The notes beneath the pieces are model-generated. The model worked only from the letters and a program-made list of their open reading frames with translations. It was not told the origin of the DNA and did no database searches. A stretch of 64,000 bases of DNA from Euprymna scolopes (lineage: Eukaryota), in the NCBI GenBank assembly GCA_053919585.1, contig CM132787.1; one strand, given 5' to 3'. The position numbers and the translations under genes are program-made. This document shows positions 24,578 to 36,240 of this stretch, in pieces; position 1 is the stretch's first letter, and the number at the start of each line of letters is the position of its first letter.

Positions 24578-26421
24578 ACACGGTAAAACAAAAACTTTGG
24601 GAGCTGGTCTCATGAGTTTGATTTAAACACATGACGATATCGATTGAAAACTGTAACATGCATGCCCCATGGATATAAATTTATGCATGTAATAATATTT
24701 AATAATAAAACTAATTACAAAAATACGTCTCGGATGATTCATTCATGTGTAAATAATTAACAAAAAAAGCTGATAGTTCTTTAAAAGAAAAGAGTACACT
24801 AACGTCGGGATACAGATAAATAACAGCCTTTCGAAGCTGTTAAAATCGCCGAAAACAACAACAACACATTTACGTGTTTAGGGCGTGAAATGTTAATAGA
24901 ATTCTTACATTCTGGGTCAAAATAATACATCCAGATCAAAGAAAAAAGATTTTTAATACGGTTATCATTAATGACACCTCCCTAATATAATAATACTTTT
25001 TATCCTCCTTATCCTATTAGTATATTTCATATTGATTCTAAACTATGTCTGCATTTTTGTGGCGATCTTACCATTTTAAAACTTACTGATACAGACCGAT
25101 GTTAATTCTGTGTATCAAACACTGTGTAAAATACTATTATATTAATAATAGAGAAATTAATAATTATTCACCATTTTAGCACCAAAATATACAGACGAAG
25201 CAACATATAAAGATGTATGGACATATTAACCAACAAAATCATTAAACACAAATCGACCGTTATGTACACAAGCGGGGATGTCATATTTGTTTAAGGAATG
25301 AATCCATCATGTGAATTCTATATAGAGAAGAGAGATGAGTAGAGACAGAGAGAGCGAGCGTAAGTGGGAGAGAGATTAGAGTATTGGCGAACTAAGTTAA
25401 TTGGAAATTTTTAGCCTCGCGTATTCCAATGATGTGATATGAAAACTGATAATCTCAAACCAAGCCTGGAATCGCATAGGTGAATGTGTAAGAAGAAGCT
25501 TTATTCATTCTCGAATGTTATTTAAAATGTGTTTATTCAGGAAATATAGAGATAATACGCGACAAATTGTCAGGTACATTTTATGATTGATTTCAGGTTA
25601 GGCAATTTCTGTTTCCACCTCAAAGTTGACACTGCATAGCACAGCACATATAACATGCGGACGTGCTCAGAATTACTAAAAGAATCCAAGTTGACTAGCA
25701 TATATCATGCGCCTTAAAGAAATTGCTCATATAAAATCACACATCGAAAAAAACACACACCATAAGAGTGACATGTTACTATGTATTTACAAATAAAACC
25801 AATCATTTGTAAATAAGATCATTCTGTGTATTAGTTTGGACAAATATTCTTATTTTAGCTTTTATTTTCACGACATCAGGACCAATGAAAAACGCGTTCT
25901 ATCTGCAGGTAAAGCTTCTCGAATTTTCAAGCCTAAATTTTTAACGCATACACATTTCTCACTAAAAATGTACTTCATCCATGTATTGAATCATTCTGAT
26001 TCTATCATAAACATTTAAATCTGTAATTTTTGTTAGGAGAAACATAAATACCTTAGGCTCAATAAAACTGCGTTCACATCCAGTATTCAGAAATGCTTCT
26101 TACTTTCGTTATTTTACTTCACATGTACGATTAACGTTTTCCCAAATACGAATTATGCACCTTAATAAACGCATGTTATATTAGTCGATATTATTTTAAT
26201 ATAATAAAGATAATAATTGATACGGGAAAATATTTATTATTAAATCCCCAAAATAAAGTTGTTAAATCCTCATCTAATCCATAATTACTTGCACGTAAGT
26301 AGTTTTTTTGTGAAAAAAATAATATCGATGATTTTACTTAAATAAACAGTAATATCGCTTTCCCGAATTAATATGCACATAATATACAATATAATCTCAC
26401 CTTTAAATGTATGTATGTATG

Positions 26422-26452
<31 letters not shown>

Positions 26453-26459
26453 GGTCTGG

Positions 26460-26566
26460 TGTGGACGTGTGTTAAAAGCACACATATGTCTTAGCGTCTT
26501 TCTGTGCTTCTCCCATACAAATCAACCCCACGTGCACGTTGTGACCACTGCACCACAAACGGGGTT
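26460..26566 (+). ncRNA. Candidate HDV-like ribozyme (degenerate, P4-less) at the RTE 5' end
   Basis: P2 AACCCC/GGGGUU, P3 ACG/UGU, L3 UGCACGU, P1' GACCACU, P1.1 GC/GC and J4/2 CAAAC. The P1 candidate UGUGGAC pairs at 5 of 7 positions. Confidence 0.55.
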
Positions 26567-27823
26567 CTGATGAATGGCGGGTGTCCTGCGCCGCATAACT
26601 TGACCTCCACTGCCTTGTGGGCCAAGCTTATTTAACCAAAGGCTAAGGTTGAGGTAACCCTTACACCTCCAGAGGAGCTTAGGCCCTGTAAGCTGCGGCA
26701 TATATGACCCACCGGCGTGTGGAATATGCTCTGGTGCCCATAAACCTAAGTTCCAGTCATGGCTCAAATGGCATGGTGGGTGGAGAGGGATCTGTAAGCC
26801 GTAGTGAAGGCAACCTCCCTAGGAGAAGGAAAACTGGTATAAAACCTGCGATGACTGCTGCATCCAATGATGTCGATTTGCTGTTCTTTTGTGATCAATG
26901 TTGCAGTTGTTTAGAGATTGGGATTGTCTCTGTGCAAAGTATTTCCAATCCTCATGCGCAGGCATTACTCGATATAAATTAGATACACTTTTTAGCATCT
27001 CGTGTATCTTTATAGCAAAAAAGATTGGATGTAGCCTAAAACGGCAACACATTCAATGAAGTTGGAAAATACGATTATAAACGTAACTGGCAATAAGGGA
27101 ACTGGAATTTCTAGGGCCTGGCCCGGCAGGTATTTCACGGCTCCACAGCCTGGACCCGGTCGTCATCATGATACTGCGAGAAAATATACGACAATGACCA
27201 TCGGCTGTTGGAATATGCGGACGCTGCTTGACTTTCCGTCACCAATAACACATCCAGAGCGTAGATCTGCACTTGTATCTAAGGAACTTCAACGTTATGA
27301 CATGGCCATAGTTGCTCTGTCTGAGACCAGGCTGGCTGATGAGGGACAGTTTTCTGAGTTGGTTGGGGCCTACTCCATTTTCTAGAGTGGTAGAGCGGAT
27401 GGATGTAAGAGGGAATCAGGCGTGGCTTTTGCTATAAATGAATTAATTCTTTAAATGTAAATGGTCGTTATACAACTTTTTGAGTGTCTATGCACCCAGT
27501 ATGGATGCATCAGAAGATGAAAAGGTTTATTTCTACCTACCTTTGTGCAGTTTAGTTAGACGCATTCACTCTGCTGATAAGATCTTCATTCTTGGAGATT
27601 TTAATGCTAGAGTAGGATGAGATTTTTTAACCTAGGACATGATGGCTAAACGCGGAGCGTCAAGCGTAATAGCAATGTTCTGATGTTGTTGCAGTTTTGG
27701 TCAGAGATGGGTTTTAAAATCGGTAACACCGTGTTCCAACAGAATGACAAATACAAGACGGCCTGGATGCATCCTGGTTCCAAAAAAAATGGCACTTGAT
27801 AGTGTTAGTCAGAAAACGTGACA

Positions 27824-28426
27824 TTTTTTTTTTACAAAGCCATCACCACATTATCAAGGCCCAGAGGCCACTCAAGGATAAGGGTTAAAGAGTGTACAGT
27901 AGAAATTGGTCAATATAGTAATCATTAGTAATGAAAATTTGGCAAATTTAATAACCTATATGGAACGGCCCATCAAGAACTTATTTACTTTAGACTTGAA
28001 CACAACCATATTGTAGTCAGCCGGAAAGCAGGACAACGGAAGGCAATTCCACAGGCGTGCAGTTCTAAGAAAGAAGCTTTGTTCATGGAATTTACGTTTA
28101 GGTTTAGGCACAGATAAAGAGTGGGGGGAAATTATTGATAGTTTTTACAGCTAGACGAGTGTTTCTTGTGAAAGTTTGGCGAGGGGGACCATAGATGTAA
28201 GCTCAGTTGAACACTTTCCATGAAAATAACGATACATCAGAGACAAACTCGCAACATCTCTTCTGTGAGATCGAGGTTGCAAGGAGGAGAAAAGGGCATC
28301 TCCTACGAGGCTACGAAGTCTATTTTGAACTCTATCAAGGCAGGACAAGTCCTTTCTAGCAGCTCCTGCCCAGATATGGCAACAGTATTCCATCCTTGGA
28401 CGTACCTGGCTCTTATATAGATAGAG
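27824..28426 (-). mobile_element. CR1-type (Zenon-like) LINE 3' fragment nested in the RTE
   Basis: LYKSQVRPRMEYCCHIWAGA...LDRVQNR...LQPRSHRRDVASLSLMYRYFHGKCS, with poly(T) at 27824 as the minus-strand A-tail. The second RTE copy (~35165-35210) shows the empty site. Confidence 0.9.
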
Positions 28427-31108
28427 TGATATCTGCAGTCTTCGTGTCATGCGGGTGCGTTGTGCAAAGATTAAGTGTATTGTGAAGCTCAAGATCAGGG
28501 GAGCTAGTGTGGCTATCCCAAAGCGACTTAATGTTGCCCGTATAAAGGACAGTATTGTGAGAGACAAACTAGTGAAGGAGATCGAAGATATAGATTGTGA
28601 AAATACTTGGCCTGCTTGTAAGGAATCTGTCTATGAGTTATGTGAGAGAGTATTAAGTTATTGTGAGCGTAAACATCAGGATTGGTTCAATGAAAATGAT
28701 ACTGAAAATCAGGCTCTACTTGGATGGTGAGCAAGATCGATTGAGAGACAAGTTGATGGCAATCAAGCACGAGGTGCAGAGGAGGTTGCGTAACATGCAG
28801 GATGAATGGTGGAGGCAGAAAGCTGAGGAAATACAGCTCGCCTCGGATTCGAACAAGACCAATGTCTTATACAGCCTACTGCGCGCAGTTTACGGCCAAT
28901 TCAGATTACCTATCACTCCTCTGCGATCGAGAGATGGTGGGGTTCTTCTTCGAAGCCCTACTGACATTCTTCATAGATAGAGGGAACATTTCGATGACCT
29001 CCTGTACAGACCTTCTTACGTTGATCAGGAGTGTGTTATGTCGAACCCTAGCAATCCGGTCAAGGATATCTTTTTAGAGGTTCCTTCTCTCCAGGAGTTT
29101 GAAACAGCTGTCATTAAGCTGAACAATGAAAAGTCTCCTAACCCGAATCGTTTGCATGCGGAGATCTTTAAATGTTCTCGACCCAAGATGATGCAACGCT
29201 TAGCGGGATTGTTGCAGACTGCTTGGCGCGATGAGTGTATTCCGCAGGATTGGCGGGATGCATTGATGGTAGTGCTATACAAGAGGAAGGGTAGCAGAGA
29301 TGAATGCGGAAATTATCGAGGCATCTCTTTGCTGCCAATAGTCGGTAAGGTGCTCTGTAGGATAATACTAGACAGAATGCTGGAGCATATTGCTGATGAT
29401 ATTTTGCCTGAGTCGCAGTGTGGTTTCAGAAGTTGTTGAGGGACAGTGGATATGATTTTTACGGCCAGGTAAATGCTGGAGAAATGTATAAATAGCAAAA
29501 GGGACTGTATCAGGTGTTCATCGATTTAACTAAGGCATTTGATAGAATCAATAGGGATGCTTTGTGGGAGATTTTAAAAGGCTTGGCTGTCCTGACAAGT
29601 TTGTTACCATCTTAAAGCTCTCCCACGATAATATGAAGGTTGTGATCAACGTTGGGGGAAAGCTGGCTGATCCTATCTGAGTAAAAAATGGTGTTAAGCA
29701 GGGAGACAGTACAGCACAGACACTCTTTGTGGTGTATTTCACCATGGTTTTTCGGATGGCATTTGGTGGGTGCTCTGATGGTGTCTATATTCGGTACCGA
29801 ACTACTGAGAGGTTGTTCAACATTAAGCGCTTCAATGCAAGTACAAAGGTACTCACCAACCCGATTCGTGCCTTGCTCCATGAGGATGACTGTGATCTGG
29901 TGGCTCATACGGTGACTGATATGCAGCACCTTGTGGACGCTTTTGCGGTTGCCTGCAGCGCATTGGGCTTGCCCATCAATCTGAAAAAAATGTATCAGCC
30001 TGCTCCGGGCATGCCATACTATGAGCCATCAGTTTATATCTGTGGGTCAAGGATAGTGGTTGTCTCTAAGTTTTCATACTTGGGTAGCACACTGAGTATG
30101 TCTGGTGCCCTGGATGATGAGGTATCGTTACGGATCAGCAGGGCAAGTGATGTCTTCGAAGAGTTGGACGGGCGTTTGTGGAGACGTCATCGGATCTTGC
30201 TGCCAACCAAGATTAAGGTTTATGCCGCATGCGTTCTCTCTACTCTTCTCTATGTTTGTGAAACTTCGAAAACATACAGTGAGCATTAAAGACGTCTCGA
30301 GCGGTTTCACCAGATGTGCCTACGGCGAATCTTAGGTGTGGGGTGGCAGATGTATGTCAGTGGTGTGGAGGTTCTTGATCGGACCCAATGCATTAGCATT
30401 GAGGCTCACGTTATTAAGTATAGGCGGAGATGAAGTGGGCATGTGGTGAGGATGTTAGACAGTCGACTTCCCAAACAGTTCCTTTATGGCGAGCTCACTG
30501 AGAGAAGACGTCTGGCTCAAAGATTAAATGCTTGTTTACGATTCACCTTAAAAAAGCGGGATTGATGAAAGGAACTTGGAGAGTCTTGCTTTGGGTTGAG
30601 ATGGGCATTGCGGGCAGGTGTGTGCAAGTTTGAGGTGGATCGAACCCAGTATGAGCGGCTGAAGCGCGATATCCGGAAAGGGAGAGTGAAAGGAACCGTG
30701 GATGAGAGAGAGAGCAAAATTGGTCTGGAGTGTGAGGTGTGCGGAAAGAATATGTCTTAGCAGAGCTGGGCTGATGAGTCACCAGTCTACTCATCGGCGC
30801 AGCGGGCCGCAAAGCAGTCTTGAATTGCCAGAGTTAACCTGTGTCAGCTGACGCGGATGTAAAAAACGACAGGCGTTTGAAACGTCATTTGATCCTGCAT
30901 AGAAAAGAACATCCCAAACGTGCTGCTAGTCGTGCACATGTCTGTACAATGTGTCCTAAGTAATGCCAGAGTTAAGCAGGGCTTAAAAGCCACATTCAAG
31001 CAGCACACTACTGAATGTTTTCGTGTTTCTATACACCTTTTTTGTGCTATATCGAGTGATGGTTATGTTCGAAAGCGAATTTGCTGCCATCATGTATGTA
31101 TGTATGTA

Positions 31109-31424
31109 AATTTTGACAGAGGCAAGGATTTCTATGAAATCGATATCATTTTTACGCTCCAGATTTCGAATGACAAATATCGAAAATTGGCTAAAACATT
31201 AATTTATTCACCCTCAACTGGGCACTTTTCTACAGGGAGGGGCCACTTTTTCCTTAAGTCACCGCGTGTTTTCGATTGTCTAGCTTGAATTAAAACCTAC
31301 GTTACTTCCGGTTAGGAAAACGGCGCAACTGCAACGACGTAATATTTTAAGTTCCTTGCCTCTTTCGTTGTAAGGGTTCGAGCCTGCCTGTCTACTACCA
31401 CTTTTTTTTTTGCTCAACACACAC
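31109..31424 (+). mobile_element. Helitron family A, internal fragment of the long variant
   Basis: Aligns to 17195-17530 (AAAATTGGCTAA...CCCTCAACTGGGCAC...GGGTTCGAGCCTG...CTACTACCACTTTTT). Confidence 0.8.
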
Positions 31425-31832
31425 CTTGTTTTTATATATGTTGAGGATTTCTAGTTAGCATATCAGCTATTATTATATAAAAAAAGGAAGGGAAAATCCA
31501 CCGTAAACCACTAACCTAGTTCTAAAACATATCCTTTGTTCGATAAAATGCATGCCCATTGGCTGATAGGAAGGGGCGCGGTGGATACTAGAAAGCTGAT
31601 TGGGTAACTAAAAATCCTCAACAAATATAAAAACAAGAAGCAACCACAGAATTCGCGCATAAGCCTGACGAATCCTATAGTGGATGAAACGCAGAAATAT
31701 TCAGTGTAGCTTAATCGCCATATGTATATTATAAATTACTAACAAGCTCTACTTACGTATTGAGCACTTTTGAAGTAAATACTTAAAGTTTACGCATAAA
31801 TCTATACCTTCGTATATTAAATTTATGTGAGT
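31425..31832 (+). mobile_element. Hammerhead-bearing PLE-like terminal repeat (family 2) with a 44-bp inverted duplication
   Basis: 31425-31468 is the reverse complement of 31594-31637 (5 mismatches). Two ATTGG boxes and TATAAAAA precede the hammerhead. The 3' part is homologous to 13035-13203. Confidence 0.78.
31660..31713 (+). ncRNA. Type I hammerhead ribozyme, GUA cleavage site
   Basis: UAAGC-CUGACGA-AUCC(UAUAGU)GGAU-GAAA-CGC(AGAAAUAUUCA)GUG-UA^GCUUA, with predicted cleavage after 31708. Confidence 0.9.
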
Positions 31833-31911
31833 AAATGAAATAGTTATATATATATGTGTATATATATATATATGCTTGTGTGTGTACGTGTGTCAAAGAA
31901 TGAAGGAGTCC

Positions 31912-31998
<87 letters not shown>

Positions 31999-31999
<1 letters not shown>

Positions 32000-32264
32000 G
32001 GACTCCTTCACTCTTTGACAGATTATGATTAACCAGGAATGAGTGCCTGCGCGTGAAATCCTGTGGCTCTCCTAAGTAAACATTGTTTAATTGCCGTTGT
32101 AATGGAGTGTATGTACAAGAGGACTGGGAACAAATGCCCAGATAGCCGGAAAGCACTTACAGCGGCTAAAATTTCCAAATATTTACCCATCTGGTAATAA
32201 CCAGGCTCATCATTGCTTAACATCTGTGATCCGTCGAGAACCGGTGTTTCAACGCGTTTATGCC

Positions 32265-32267
<3 letters not shown>
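31999..32267 (-). mobile_element. 5S rRNA-derived SINE (SINE3-like), ~270 bp, embedded in (TA)n
   Basis: The minus-strand head 32267-32155 reads TACGGCATA..CGCGTTGAAACACCGGTTCTCGACGGATCACAGATGTTAAGCAA...GCCTGGTTATTACCAGATGGGT...GCTGTAAG, colinear with animal 5S rRNA. A ~155-bp non-5S body follows. Confidence 0.82.
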
Positions 32268-32322
<55 letters not shown>

Positions 32323-32327
<5 letters not shown>

Positions 32328-32712
32328 TGTATGTCTGTCTATGTACATTTCCCTACGCAATAACTCTGTCAATTTTTAGTCTATAGACTCGAAATTTAAA
32401 ATACCGGGTACTGAGATTTTGGAAAATCGATGTGACGGGTGTCAGCCAGAAATTTGGCTGTTAAGGAGTCACATTTCAACGATTTTACCTTTAAGAACTC
32501 TACCAAACTCCTCTGACAATTTTCGGTCTAGACACTTGAAATTTTAGATATAGGTTATTTGAACCTGGATCTAACTTAATAAAGTGATTTGAGCCCGAAA
32601 CTATAAATTTTAAGGGGTTATAATAGGGGTCAAATTAAACAAAAAATTACTCTTTTTTTTTTGCTCAGCATACACCTCCAAACACCCGGACAACGTCGGG
32701 CTGAAATGCTAG
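32323..32712 (+). mobile_element. Helitron family A, short variant
   Basis: 3' hairpin CCCGGACAACGTCGGG with CTAG at 32709-32712 followed by T. Closely similar to the inverted copy at 41295-41665. Confidence 0.85.
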
Positions 32713-32774
32713 TATATGTATATAGTGAGTGAAAGAGAGAGAGAGAGAGATACAGGGGGTTTACAAAGTCTGGC

Positions 32775-35436
32775 TACATTATGTAGGAGACATCTACGCC
32801 ACTAGCAGCAAGTTCTTGATGTTCTCTTCTATGTATAATTAGATGCCGCTTCAAACCAGCTGCTGTTTTGTACGTCCGCCCGCAGTTGACACGGGTTAGC
32901 TCTGGAAACAAAAGAATGCTTTGTGTCCGACTGCGCCGATGAGTAGTTGGTAGCTCATCAGCCCAGCTCTGCTGGGACATAATCTTCCGCACACCTCACA
33001 CTGCAGACCAATTCGGCGCCCCAAACTATCCACAGCTCTTTCCACCCTCCCTTTCTGGATATCGCGCTTCAGCTACTCATACTGGGTTCGAGCTCCCTCA
33101 AACTTGCCGACACCTCTACTCTGTTTCCACTCTCTGCGATCCAAAGCTAGACTCTGCTAGGTTCTTTCATCTATATCACATTTCTTTTAGGTGGACCTGT
33201 AACAATCTTTGAATCTCATTTGAGGTTTTTAAGCTCGTTATAAATGAGTTGTTGGGAAGTCGACTGTCTAACATCCTCACAATATGGCCACTCCATCTCA
33301 GTCTATGTTTGATAATGCTAGCTTCAATGCTTAGATATTGGGTCCGTTCAACACCTTCAACTTTCTGACATACATGTGCCAACCTACATCTAAGATTTGC
33401 TGTAGGCCCATCTGCTGAAAGCGTAAGAGACGTCTCAAATGCTTCCTGTATGTAGTCCAAGTTTCACAGGCATAGAGAAGAGCAGAGAGGACGCATGAGG
33501 TATACACCTAAATTTTAGTTGGCAGCAAGATCCCATGACAGCTCCACAAACGCCTGTCAAACATTCCGAAGGCATCACTTACGCAGCTGATCCGTAACGC
33601 TACCTCATAATCCAGGGCACCGGACATACTCAGTGCGCTACCCAAGTATACACACTTAGTGACAACCGCTATCCTTGCCCTACAGATATAAATTGATGGC
33701 TCATCGTATGACATGCCTGGAACATTAAGGCAGTTTTTCTCAGATTGATAGTCAACCCCAATGCGCTGCAGGCAACAGCAAAGGTGTCCAAAAAGTGATG
33801 CATATCAGCCATTATGTGAGCCACCAGATAAGAGTGATCCTCATTTAGCAAGTCATGGATCGTGTTGGTGAGTACCTTTGTACTTTCGTTGAAGTGCTTA
33901 CTGTTGAACAACCACCAGTAGTTCGGTAACGAATATAGACACCATCAGAGCAACCCCGAAATACCATCCGAAATCCAGGGTGAAATATAACGCAAAGAAT
34001 GTGAGTACTGGAATGTCTTCTTACTTAACACCATGTGCTACTGAGATAGAATCAGCCAGCTTTCGCTTAACGTTGATCACAGTCGCAATATCATCATGGA
34101 AGAGCTTTAATATGGTTACAAACTTGTCAGGACATCCGTGCGTTTTTCAGAATCTCTCACAAAGCATCCCTGTTGACTTCTCAAAAGCCTTGGTTAAATC
34201 GATGATACAGTCCCTTTTGCTGTTCTATACATTTCTCCTAGGGTTGTCCGGCTGTAAAAATCATATCCATTTTCCCTTTATATCTTCTGAAACCATAGTG
34301 CGACTCAGGCAAAATATCATCAGCAATGTGCTCCAGCATTCTGCCTAGCATGATCCTACAGAGCACCTTACCGACTACTGACAGCAAAGAGATACCCCAA
34401 TAATTTCCACATTCATCTCCGCTAGCCTCCCCTTTTTATACCACAAACATCAATGCATCCGCCAATCTTGCGGAACACACTCATCCCGCTTACCAGTTTT
34501 TAACAAGTCCGCTAAGTATCGCATCACCTTGGGTCCAGAACATTTAAAAAAGAGTTTCCATTCCTCAGCTCATGAACAGCTACTTCAACATCCTGGAGAG
34601 AAGGAACCTCTGCTAAGATATCCTTGACTGGATTTCTAGGAATCGACCTAACAAACTCCTTATCATGCTAAGGTTTGTTCTGAAGGTCATTCGAATGCTC
34701 CCTCCATCTCTGAAGAATGTCAGTAGAGTCTCGAAGAAGATCCCCACTATCCATTGAGCGCAAAGGAGTGATAGGTGATCTGCATGATCCGTAAACCGCA
34801 CGCATGAGGCTGTATAAGACATTGGTGTTGTTCGCATCCGAGGCAAGCTGTTTTTCCTCAGATTTCTGCGTCTAATATTCATCCTGCATGTTTCGCTACC
34901 TCGTCTGCACCTCGCGCTTGATTGCCTTAAACTTGCCCCTAAATCGATCTTTCTCAACATCCAAACCACCCTCGAGATGTGCATGCAAAGCCCTGGCTTT
35001 TGAATCAAGCAGAGCCTGAATTTCAGTATCATTCTGATTTAACCACTGCTGAGGTTTACGCTCAATATATCCTAATACTCTCTCATATACCTCATAGACA
35101 AACTCCTTAAAAGCAGGCCAAGTGTTTTCACATGCAATTTATTCCATCTCCTCCAGCCTGCATGAGACGGACACTGCAGATATCACTCATCTCACGTTTT
35201 CTGACTAACACAGAGTCTATCATGTGCTCTTTGTTTGCAACCAGCATTCATCCAGCGTCTCTTGTATTTGTCCTTCTACTGATACACGGTGTTACCGATT
35301 TTAAAACCCACCTCTGAACAAAACTGCAACAACACCAGACCATTGATATTACACTTCCCACTCCGTGTTTACACAGCACGTCCAAGGTTTCAAAATCTCT
35401 TCCCACCCTAGCATTAAAATTTCCAAGAATGAAGCT
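32775..35436 (-). mobile_element. RTE/BovB-type LINE, second copy, 5'-truncated and degraded
   Basis: ORF fragments YLGSALSMSGALDYEVALRIS, SIEASIIKHRLRWSGHIVRMLDSRLP and CGRTYKTAAGLKRHLIIH. Colinear with ~27580-30920 in reverse orientation. Confidence 0.93.
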
Positions 35437-36203
35437 TCCTTACCTCTTTTGGACCTCAGATGAAGCCATCTTTCATCTTGATGGAAAGGCGAACTCCACG
35501 AAAAATGTCTTCCGGGGGTCGCCCAGATTCAATGAAGTAGCCAACAACCCCTGCACTTTCATAAGTCCAAGGTGCGGGTTGTAATCTCGACCACATGCAT
35601 CATCAGACCAATATTCATCTAAGAATCAGGCGCATCAATGACAGTCACCAAGGAGCGGAATATGGTGGTTTTCAAAACCTTCAAAAGTGAGCTCCAGACA
35701 ATCTACCCGTCGCTCATGAGAAAGTTCTGGTCCCAGCAGTATGGAGCAAGTTCTAACACCTCAAACCCGTCCCGTGATTGGCTGAAACAGAAATTTGGAG
35801 GCCGGATGATCAGTCTCTGGTTTTGAGTTGGCACCTCATAGCCCGGACATAAACCCCCCAGATTTTTTTCTTTGGGCCTATATTAAGGGCAGATCTTACG
35901 CAAGGAAACCCAGAAGCATCAGGGAATTTAAGGAAGCCATCAGGGAGGAGATGAGAGCCATTAATAATTTGGTCTGTAAGAACGTCATGGACAACTTCGT
36001 GGTGCGCCTCAAGAAATGCACGGGGCTAAATGGAGGCCATCTAGAACATACATTGTAGCACGGAGAAAAGGGGCAAAGCGCCTAGTGTTTGATGTGATGT
36101 TTATAATATAATAAACTAGGTATGACCAAAGTTACATTTCATTCGGTACAAACACTAAGAAACGGGGCCTAATTAGAGTTTAGGCCCCTTTTTGGGGGCC
36201 ACC

Positions 36204-36206
<3 letters not shown>
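35437..36206 (+). mobile_element. Tc1/mariner-superfamily transposase 3' half (DD41D/rosa-like), with right TIR
   Basis: WTSDEAIFHLDG, WSQQYGA, APHSPDINPPDFFLWAYIK and VRLKKCTGLNGGHLEH. Ends GGGGGCCACCCTG followed by TA. The subfamily is tentative because of an indel between D2 and D3. Confidence 0.88.

Positions 36207-36240
<34 letters not shown>

Larger units (their letters stand above)
26452..31108 (+). mobile_element. RTE/BovB-type LINE, apparently full length but inactivated
   Basis: ~600-bp 5' UTR. APE motifs TIGCWNMRTL, IVALSETRLADEGQ and ILGDFNARVG. RT motifs LYKRKGSRDECGNYRGISLL, LPESQCGFR, FIDLTKAFD, GVKQGD and LLHEDD. C-terminal C2H2 fingers and an (ATGT)n tail. Many stops and frameshifts. 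Confidence 0.95.

Noticed and set aside
26567-26600. CTGATGA followed by a small hairpin in the RTE 5' UTR
   Set aside because: There is no GAAA after the stem, so it is not a hammerhead.
32155-32267. Functional 5S rRNA gene
   Set aside because: It is diverged with indels, has no T-run terminator or tandem context, and continues into a body with a TA tail.
32751-32775. TACAGGGGGTTTACAAAGTC as the left TIR of the Tc1-like element ending at 36206
   Set aside because: Only CAGGG is shared with the right TIR, which is too little to pair them.
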